From Candidatus Velthaea sp. (lineage in GTDB: Bacteria; Vulcanimicrobiota; Vulcanimicrobiia; Vulcanimicrobiales; Vulcanimicrobiaceae): DNA of 15,045 bases. How positions within the stretch are numbered: the stretch's first letter is position 1; each line of letters begins with the position of its first letter. The stretch spans positions 1 through 15,045 of the forward strand of contig CBDCCS010000012.1 of the NCBI GenBank assembly GCA_965214935.1, given 5' to 3'. A program made the position numbers and the translations under genes. Under the pieces are notes generated by a model. The model had not been told where the DNA came from. It ran no database searches and was given only the letters and a program-made list of their open reading frames with translations. This document shows positions 1 through 6,479 of this stretch, in pieces.

Positions 1-112
1 GGTCAAGCGTTGCCGTCACTGCAGCCGAGAGTGTTTGTCCGGCAAATGCCGGCGCAACGACGCTTAGCGTTGTCAGTAGCAGGACGACGCATGTTCGCAA
101 TAAGCGCTTCAC
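1..112 (-). CDS. 5' part of an exported protein (runs off the window start)
   Basis: Own translation from GTG at 112: MKRLLRTCVVLLLTTLSVVAPAFA-GQTLSAAVTATLD... It has a basic N-region, a hydrophobic core and an A-F-A signal peptidase I site. The frame is open to the window edge and divergent from the next gene. Confidence 0.65.
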   Translation of the reverse strand, partial: MKRLLRTCVVLLLTTLSVVAPAFAGQTLSAAVTATLD

Positions 113-195
113 TTTGTTACGGTATCTATCGGCAGACTTTCGTAGTACCATGATGGAGCAACCCGTTGCGGGTGCGTGACTTCCCGAGGGAACCA

Positions 196-972
196 ATGAT
201 CGTCCGCCGCCGTGCAATCGCCGGCTTCTTTGCGCTGTTGTTCAGCATTGTCGCCGCGGCGCCCGCGCGCGCCGACCAGAAGTATACCGTCGAAGGCAGC
301 GACACGTATCAAATCGGCGGCCACGACGTCCGTAGCGAAATCGCGTATCACGGGACGCAACGTTTGCGCATTGTAAAGGCCGGCGCGGGGAAACGTTACA
401 CCGCGCGCGTCCTCTATCTGCGTAACGATCAAGGGACGCACGCACATGTTTCCGCTTCCTTCGAATCGACGATTATGCCTGACGGCGAACAACAAGACGG
501 ACAGAATAACGATCCGGATTACTTGACCGTCTTAAATCAACCATTCGCCGTGCAACTCGATGCCGCGACAATGCACGACCTGTCGCGCCTCAGCGGCGCT
601 GTTCCGTTCGACTTTCCATCACCGATGACCGGTGCCCCGCTACACGGGACATTGCGGCATGTCGATAATGCCACGCTCAACGGCGACCGCGTCCTCGGCG
701 TTGCATTCGATGCACGCGGACCGCTGCACGGCTCGCTACCAGATCATCCGTCGTTGACGCTAGCCGGCGAGATCCGCATGAACGGCACCGCGTATTACCG
801 GTACGCCGGCGCGTTGCTGCTTGCGCTCGACGCGACCCTGCTCATCGAAGGTAACGTGCTCGATAATGCCCGGCGCGATCCGGTCGAAATCGTCTACAAA
901 CGGTCGATCAAAGCCGCTAAGAACGCTGCGCCCGATGCGGCGGCGGCGGCCGGAGGCGACGCGCAGCCATAG
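196..972 (+). CDS. Exported hypothetical protein
   Basis: ORF 166..972. Preferred start is ATG 196, 5 nt after GAGGG (186-190). N-terminus MIVRRRAIAGFFALLFSIVAAAPARA-DQ is a signal peptide with an A-R-A site. No family recognised. Confidence 0.75.
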   Translation: MIVRRRAIAGFFALLFSIVAAAPARADQKYTVEGSDTYQIGGHDVRSEIAYHGTQRLRIVKAGAGKRYTARVLYLRNDQGTHAHVSASFESTIMPDGEQQDGQNNDPDYLTVLNQPFAVQLDAATMHDLSRLSGAVPFDFPSPMTGAPLHGTLRHVDNATLNGDRVLGVAFDARGPLHGSLPDHPSLTLAGEIRMNGTAYYRYAGALLLALDATLLIEGNVLDNARRDPVEIVYKRSIKAAKNAAPDAAAAAGGDAQP

Positions 973-1014
973 ATTCCGTAACGACCCGGAATCGGCTGCC
1001 TGCGGGCCGAAACG

Positions 1015-1043
1015 CGAAACCGTCGTCATTCATCGTCGGTCAT
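1015..1043 (+). promoter_or_regulatory. Candidate ECF-type (autoregulatory) promoter
   Basis: CGAAAC (1015-1020), 17 nt, GGTCAT (1038-1043) resembles the AAC...GTC pattern of ECF promoters. It lies 6-9 nt before the GTG/ATG of the sigma gene, which has no visible SD. Confidence 0.3.
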
Positions 1044-1049
1044 GGGCCA

Positions 1050-1727
1050 GTGATGAGTGCGCTCGCACCAATCCTTGGGGATTACCGTTTGACCGTTCCG
1101 GCGACGACGCCGGCGCCGGCGCGCCTTGTCAAGGGCACACCGGCACCTGAAAACTTCGAGCGGGTCGTCGACGATTATCAGCGGCGGCTCTACGGCTTCG
1201 CCTTGCGTATGACGGGCAATCGCGAAGACGCCGAAGAGATCGTGCAAGACGCCTTTGTGCGCGCATACCGCGCCTTGACGAAGATGGATGCGCAGCAGCG
1301 GGCGGAGTTACGGCTTCAACCGTGGCTGTACACGATCACGCTAAACGTAACGCGCAATCGTCTACGCTCGAAGCGTCCGACGAATGTCGCGCTGGATTCG
1401 CTTGCCGATCCGGATGCGTTACTCAATGAAACGCAAGAAGGTCCCGATCAACCCGAACACATTGTGGATCGCGCGGCCGATATGGTGTTGGTGGAACAAG
1501 CGCTGTTGTCGTTGCCGATGCACTTACGTGCCGCGGCAACGCTGCGGTTTATCGAAGGCCGCAGCCATCCCGAGATCGCCGAGATTTTAAACCAACCGAT
1601 CGGAACCGTTAAGTCGCACGTGCATCGAGCCGTGCGCATTCTGCGTCGCATCCTCGGTCCGCAAGTTGGGCGCATCGTTGCCGCGGATGCCGAAGATTCG
1701 AAGGAGTTGACCGATGAGGTGCTGTGA
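1050..1727 (+). CDS. ECF (sigma-70 group 4) RNA polymerase sigma factor
   Basis: Region 2: YQRRLYGFALRMTGNREDAEEIVQDAFVRAY...WLYTITLNVTRNRLR. Region 4 HTH: LPMHLRAAATLRFIEGRSHPEIAEILNQPIGTVKSHVHRA. Start is GTG 1050 or ATG 1053. Confidence 0.95.
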   Translation: MMSALAPILGDYRLTVPATTPAPARLVKGTPAPENFERVVDDYQRRLYGFALRMTGNREDAEEIVQDAFVRAYRALTKMDAQQRAELRLQPWLYTITLNVTRNRLRSKRPTNVALDSLADPDALLNETQEGPDQPEHIVDRAADMVLVEQALLSLPMHLRAAATLRFIEGRSHPEIAEILNQPIGTVKSHVHRAVRILRRILGPQVGRIVAADAEDSKELTDEVL

Positions 1728-2478
1728 TGTTGAAGCGCTGTGGGACGATCTGCGCGACGGCGGTGAACTCAACCGCGAACACGTGGTGCTGCACTTGCGC
1801 ACGTGTCCGCCGTGTCAGCGGTTGTACGAACAATACGAAGGCATCGCATACTGCTTGACGTGTTTGCCGGCCGTCGAGCCGCCCCTCAATCTCGTTCCGC
1901 GAATCATCGAACATATTGCAACGACGGTTCGCTCGGCACGCCGCCCGGACTGCGTAGCTAAAATCGATTCGCCCGTCGGCGTATTGTATGTCGCGTTTCG
2001 TTCCACGGGGATTACGGCAGTCGCGATCGATCGCGGCGAAGGCGACGAGCGCGTGCTTGAATCGATCGCCCGGCGACTGCGCCGCGGCGTCGTTGCAGCG
2101 CAGGCTCCGGCCTGGACGATCGACACGGTCAATACGTTTTTTCGCACGCATCACTCGAATTATGACCGCGTCGATATCTCGGATCTGAGCGCATTCGAGC
2201 AGTCGGCGTTGCGCGCCGCTGCGCAGATCCCGCCGGGTGAAGTGCGATCGTACGCCTGGATCGCAGCAAAAATCGGTTCGCCGCAATCGGCCAGTGCCGT
2301 CGGCCGCGTCATTGCGCGCAATCCCGTTCGCATGTTGTATCCGTGCCATCGCGTCGTCGACGCAGCCGGACATCCGCATACCTACGGTTACAGCCTCGAT
2401 GTTAAAGCGCGCATCCTTGAACTCGAAGGTTTTGTCGGCAGTACGTTAAGCAAGACGCGCGCAGCGCAGCAGGTTTAG
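1714..2478 (+). CDS. zf-HC2/ZAS anti-sigma domain fused to methylated-DNA-protein-cysteine methyltransferase (Ogt/MGMT-like)
   Basis: N-terminal MRCC...HLRTCPPC (HxxxCxxC at 1792-1815). C-terminal IPPGEVRSY...AVG...NPV...PCHRVV...LELEG is the alkyltransferase signature. SD AAGGAG at 1701-1706; 14-nt overlap with the sigma gene. Confidence 0.9.
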   Translation: MRCCDVEALWDDLRDGGELNREHVVLHLRTCPPCQRLYEQYEGIAYCLTCLPAVEPPLNLVPRIIEHIATTVRSARRPDCVAKIDSPVGVLYVAFRSTGITAVAIDRGEGDERVLESIARRLRRGVVAAQAPAWTIDTVNTFFRTHHSNYDRVDISDLSAFEQSALRAAAQIPPGEVRSYAWIAAKIGSPQSASAVGRVIARNPVRMLYPCHRVVDAAGHPHTYGYSLDVKARILELEGFVGSTLSKTRAAQQV

Positions 2479-2514
2479 AACTAAAGAGGTCGCGAAACAA
2501 CCTCCCCATGTGAC

Positions 2515-2698
2515 ATCCGCAGCTCCGCTAGATAGAGACGATCGGCGGTTAACGGACGGATAAGAGGAGGTGGTCATCGTTACTTGCGACAGTCCTAAAC
2601 AAAGCTCGAATTCGATGATTGGAGGTGCGCAGACCTAGTCTGCGCGCCGACGAAAAAACAGTTCAAGGTTAAACCGGCCGTCACGGCCGGTTTTTTTT
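2515..2698 (+). ncRNA. Candidate structured small RNA or small-ORF transcript (5' end uncertain)
   Basis: No long ORF in 2479-2778. Imperfect stem at 2515-2561, SD-like AGGAGGTGGTC (2565-2575) and GGAGGTG (2621-2627), an 11-bp hairpin at 2624-2648, and a terminator at the end. No known RNA family recognised. Confidence 0.4.
2671..2698 (+). terminator. Rho-independent terminator
   Basis: AAACCGGCCG-TCA-CGGCCGG followed by T8 (2691-2698). Confidence 0.9.
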
Positions 2699-2778
2699 GT
2701 GCAAAGGCATCGGCCAGGGCGACGACTAACGATGCCAGTCGTGTCCGAGCACGTTCTTCCAACGGGCTTCAATACCGT

Positions 2779-4827
2779 TTGGCAATCGCCGAGAGCTCGC
2801 CGTCAGGCCTGCCGGCGAATTGCGAATCTCCCGCGGAATACGAAAACTTGAACGATAACGCCGACAACGATCCACGCTTATACGCGATTCCCGACATTCA
2901 CGGGCATGCCAAAGGGGAGCACAAAGCCTTCACCGATGAGCGGCCGATCCCCCTATCGGCGCGCATGCTGTTCTTGTGGTTCTATCATGCTTGCCGGCGT
3001 GGCTGGCCCCGCTTTCTCATGGTCAGCGACCACATGAACTACCTCACGTTCGAAGATCCGGCAGCGATCAACCTCGTTCGGCGTGCACTCAAACTCGCGC
3101 AGGCCGGAGATCTTTACGGCGCGGCCGAGACGGCGAGCGTCGAAGTCGGTCATGCCGCCGTTGTTTCCGAAGGATTGCGCCGCGGCATGCGTTATTCGCT
3201 GGGCGCCGAGGTCGACAACGATCCGCGCTCGCGTCCCGATGCACAGAATATCGTCGATGCAATGAAGCCCGACGGCATGATCCGGTCGGTTCACTTTTTG
3301 ACCGTCGATCATCCGACGCACGGTTCAGCTTGGAATTGGCCGTTCGATAATCCGGAGTTTTCCGACGTTTTCGATACGATCGGTACCGAGAAGACGTGGG
3401 AACTGTACATGGCAACGCTGCTCGACGCACTCGAACGGCTGCCGGGTAACATCGTCGGCCATTTTTATGTCCCGGCAATCTTCGGGCACTGGCCCGACGA
3501 CGCGACACTCGACGGCTACGAGAACCAGCTCGTCGACGTGTGCGAGACACGCGGCATTGCGATCGAAGTCAATACACGTTTTCTTTATCGCGAGCACACG
3601 CCGGAGGAGAAAGAGCGCTATCTCGCCGCCCACCGGCGTTTACTGCGTAAATGCAAAGCGCGAAACGTCGGCGTCGCAATCGGCTCGGATGCGCATAGCC
3701 CAAAGGACCAAGGCCGCGCATTCAACACGATATTAGCGCTACTCGACGAGTGCGAAATTAACGAAATCGTCTTTCCGATCGCCGGACGGCTCGCCCGCGT
3801 TGCGCTGCGCGTCGAACGCAAAAGCGAGCCGGCGGTGCCCGTCGCCGAAGTTCCTGAAGCCGTTGCAGGCGACGATCGTAAAAGCGTGCGAAAGGCTCGG
3901 ACCAGCGACGTCCCGGCCCGGCCGAAGGACTCTTCATCGAAGCGAGATGATGGTTCGTCGAACGTCCCGGAGCCGGCCGACGAGCCGGCGGTGAAAAAGG
4001 CCCGGCCGAAACGCAGTAGAAATCGCGGCGCCGCCCGTACCGATGAATCGGAGGCAACCCAGAACGAGGCTGACGCGGCAAGCACCGGTCCGGCGCCCGG
4101 ACCGATCGTCGACGAGCCCGGCGCAAACGGTCGTGCACCGGACGAGATGTCGTCTGCGACGGCGTCCGAAGCCGGTAGCGAGCCCGAAAACGGCGGCGAT
4201 ATCGTGCTTGTAACGCTCACCGAAACGATCGAGACGACGAGTGAGATTGCCGCAGTTCTCGAACCGATTACCGCCGAAGAGTCGGCAAGCGACGTTTTCG
4301 CCGCCGCCGCAGTCGACGATGTCACCTACGTTGCAGACGATACTGCCGACCAGGAAAGCCTCGAAGGCACGCCCGACGCAAGCGAAGCAATTCAAAACGA
4401 CGATCGAGTGCTCGCGGCTGCCGAAGCGCAAGCCGGTGCAGTCGAAGCGGGCACGAGCGACACCGAGCCGAGCGTTGACCGGCCGGCGGATGGCGGCGTG
4501 ACGAAGCAGGTTGGCGCAACGCCGCGAGTGCGGCGAAAAGCGTCGCCTGCCGCACGGACAAAGCCGCCTGCAGCACCGGTTCGAGCGAAAGCGAAGCCGG
4601 CGCCGAAGAAGGCGGTTCGAGCGGCAAAGCCGCTGGGAAAGAAGTCGTCCGCTGCCGGTAAAACCGCCGCAAAGAAAAGTGCCGCGAAGAAACCGGTCGG
4701 CAAGAAAGCCGCCAAGAAAGTACCGGCGAAAAAAGCCGCCGCTCGGGGCGGCGCAAAGAAGTCGAGTGCACCGAAAGCAGCGTCAAAAAAGCCGGCCGTG
4801 AAAAAGCCGCCGTCGAAACGCCGCTGA
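2779..4827 (+). CDS. PHP-family metal-dependent phosphoesterase (HisK/YcdX-like) with a long low-complexity C-terminus
   Basis: PHP metal-ligand motifs in order: DIHGH, SDHM, GAEVD, SVHF, GHF, IEVNT, GSDAHSP. These are followed by a D/E/A/P-rich linker and a K/A/P-rich tail. The TTG start has no clear SD, so the start is uncertain. Confidence 0.85.
   Translation: MAIAESSPSGLPANCESPAEYENLNDNADNDPRLYAIPDIHGHAKGEHKAFTDERPIPLSARMLFLWFYHACRRGWPRFLMVSDHMNYLTFEDPAAINLVRRALKLAQAGDLYGAAETASVEVGHAAVVSEGLRRGMRYSLGAEVDNDPRSRPDAQNIVDAMKPDGMIRSVHFLTVDHPTHGSAWNWPFDNPEFSDVFDTIGTEKTWELYMATLLDALERLPGNIVGHFYVPAIFGHWPDDATLDGYENQLVDVCETRGIAIEVNTRFLYREHTPEEKERYLAAHRRLLRKCKARNVGVAIGSDAHSPKDQGRAFNTILALLDECEINEIVFPIAGRLARVALRVERKSEPAVPVAEVPEAVAGDDRKSVRKARTSDVPARPKDSSSKRDDGSSNVPEPADEPAVKKARPKRSRNRGAARTDESEATQNEADAASTGPAPGPIVDEPGANGRAPDEMSSATASEAGSEPENGGDIVLVTLTETIETTSEIAAVLEPITAEESASDVFAAAAVDDVTYVADDTADQESLEGTPDASEAIQNDDRVLAAAEAQAGAVEAGTSDTEPSVDRPADGGVTKQVGATPRVRRKASPAARTKPPAAPVRAKAKPAPKKAVRAAKPLGKKSSAAGKTAAKKSAAKKPVGKKAAKKVPAKKAAARGGAKKSSAPKAASKKPAVKKPPSKRR
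4522..4824 (+). repeat. Degenerate (P)AKK(A/S/P) protein repeats, histone H1-like tail
   Basis: Encodes ...KAKPAPKKAVRAAKPLGKKSSAAGKTAAKKSAAKKPVGKKAAKKVPAKKAAARGGAKKSSAPKAASKKPAVKKPPSKRR. Confidence 0.85.
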
Positions 4828-4844
4828 GCTTCACGCTGCGACCG

Positions 4845-6473
4845 GTGGCCGGGGCGGTGCTGTGTGCGCTGCTCGGCGCATGCACGAAAGTCGACACGCA
4901 GACGGCCGCTTCAAACGCGAATAGCGAACACGCCTGGACGCATCCGGGCGAGTTGCGCGTCGCCATTCAAGCAGACCCGGTGACACTCGATCCGCTCCTG
5001 TCCGCTAATACGACCGAAGGCTTTCTCAACCGGTTATCGTTCGACACGCTCGTTTCGATTTCACCGGACGGCAAGGAACTCGTGCCGCGACTTGCGGCGC
5101 GCGTTCCCACGGTGGCGAACGGCGACATCTCCGCGGACGGCTTGACGATCAAATACGTGCTTCGGCACGGCGTTGTCTGGCAAGACGGCGCGGCGTTCAG
5201 CAGCAAAGACGTTAAGTTTAGCTGGCAAGCGATGATGAACGATGCGAATAACGTCAATTCACGGATCGGCTACGACGACGTATCGCACGTCGACATACCG
5301 GATGCAGCGACGGTCGTCTTTCATCTCAAAGCAAAATTTGCGCCGTTTGTGTCGACGGTTTTTGCCGAGAGCGACAATCCGATTTGCATCGTTCCGCAGC
5401 ATCTGCTCGGCGGTTTCAAAGACGTCAATCGCGTTGCGTTCAATCAAATGCCGATCGGCACCGGACCGTTTCGCGTCGTGCGCTGGAACCGCGGCGACCG
5501 GGTCGAACTGCGTGCGAACCCGCACTACTATCTCGGCGCGCCGAAGCTCAAATCGATCGTGGTCCAAACGATTCCGGATGAAAATACCGGGATCAACGCG
5601 CTGCGCACGCACGACGTCGATTGGATGTTCGAGCCGTCACCGAATTTATACAACGTTCTCAAAACGCTGCCGGATACGGCCATTCACTTTGTAAACGAAC
5701 CGCAGACGCTGCGGATGTTCATCAACAACACCCGGCCGCTGCTCAAAGATATCCGGGTTCGGCGGGCAATCGCTTACGCTACCGATAAGCCCGCACTGGT
5801 TCAACGATTGACCGGCGGTTCGGCGCTTGTCGCCGGCGCGGATCAGCCGCCGTCGTCCTGGGCCTATCGCCGAGACGTCATGACGTACGGACCCGATCCC
5901 GCGAAAGCCAGAGCGCTTTTGAAGCAAGCCGGCTTTACGTTCGGAACCGATGGTATCGCGCGCAAAAGCGGACAGGCGCTATCGTTGGACATGTCGACCA
6001 ATAGCTCGAATGCGACGCGGCGGCTCGTCGAGACGCAGCTTCAGTCGATGCTGCGTGCGGCCGGTATCGACGTCGTCATTAAGAATTATCCCGGCACCAC
6101 GTTTTTCGCTACCTACGGCCAGGGCGGCGTCATGGCGACCGGCCACTACGATCTCGCCATCTCGGGCTGGATCGCCGGCTCCGATCCGGACGACCACTCA
6201 CTTTACGTTTGCAACGCGTTGCCGCCCAACGGCACGAATTACGATCGCTACTGTTCGCCGCAAATGGATGCCGCTCAACATGCAGCACTTGCCAGCTACC
6301 GCGAACCGGACCGCCGCATTGCATACCGCACCGTTCAAGCATTGATCGCGCGCGATGTACCGGAGATCGTCATCTGGTATGCACGCTTTCCGCAAGCGAC
6401 GAATCCGGACTTCAGAGGCTTCGCGCCCAACCCGGTAAATGAAGCTTGGAACGCCTATCAATGGGAGATCTGA
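4845..6473 (+). CDS. Peptide/nickel ABC transporter substrate-binding lipoprotein (SBP family 5, OppA/DppA-like)
   Basis: Lipobox LGA-C. Family motifs: DPVTLDP, PRLA...S.DGLTIKYVLRHGVVWQDG..FSSKDVKFSW, PIGTGPF, RVRRAIAYA.D, YGPDPAKARALLKQAG. Confidence 0.92.
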   Translation: MAGAVLCALLGACTKVDTQTAASNANSEHAWTHPGELRVAIQADPVTLDPLLSANTTEGFLNRLSFDTLVSISPDGKELVPRLAARVPTVANGDISADGLTIKYVLRHGVVWQDGAAFSSKDVKFSWQAMMNDANNVNSRIGYDDVSHVDIPDAATVVFHLKAKFAPFVSTVFAESDNPICIVPQHLLGGFKDVNRVAFNQMPIGTGPFRVVRWNRGDRVELRANPHYYLGAPKLKSIVVQTIPDENTGINALRTHDVDWMFEPSPNLYNVLKTLPDTAIHFVNEPQTLRMFINNTRPLLKDIRVRRAIAYATDKPALVQRLTGGSALVAGADQPPSSWAYRRDVMTYGPDPAKARALLKQAGFTFGTDGIARKSGQALSLDMSTNSSNATRRLVETQLQSMLRAAGIDVVIKNYPGTTFFATYGQGGVMATGHYDLAISGWIAGSDPDDHSLYVCNALPPNGTNYDRYCSPQMDAAQHAALASYREPDRRIAYRTVQALIARDVPEIVIWYARFPQATNPDFRGFAPNPVNEAWNAYQWEI

Positions 6474-6479
6474 CCGTAC

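Noticed and set aside
2491..2498. CGCGAAAC repeated upstream of both the sigma gene (1013-1020) and the candidate sRNA, as a shared ECF -35 element
   Set aside because: There is no matching GTC-type -10 at 16-17 nt spacing after 2498, and the same 8-mer also occurs inside coding regions (3659-3666 and near 14962), so chance is sufficient.
2570..2638. Type I toxin-antitoxin toxin
   Set aside because: The SD/anti-SD layout is suggestive, but the encoded peptide is polar, has no transmembrane segment and lacks a properly spaced canonical start.
2706..2736. Inverted repeat GGCATCG-N17-CGATGCC upstream of the PHP gene
   Set aside because: It is only 7 bp in GC-rich DNA with no second copy noticed, so it cannot be supported as an operator or RNA element.
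2479..2778. tRNA, tmRNA, SRP, 6S, a known riboswitch or a 16S rRNA fragment in the intergenic region
   Set aside because: I saw no cloverleaf, T-loop or recognisable riboswitch core. Similarity to the 16S 3' end complement stops after about 11 nt.
2732..2851. 39-codon ORF (MPVVSEHVLPTGF...) overlapping the PHP start in another frame
   Set aside because: No SD and no recognisable motif. There is no evidence that it is translated or is a frameshifted N-terminus.
4600..4824. CRISPR array or DNA tandem repeat
   Set aside because: The repetition is at the protein level (AKK codons), with variable DNA sequence and no repeat-spacer periodicity.
3618..4966. Long antisense ORFs (3618..4325, 4322..4966, 4392..4715) and similar shadow ORFs elsewhere
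   Set aside because: They are mirror frames of GC-rich or low-complexity real genes and carry no family motifs.
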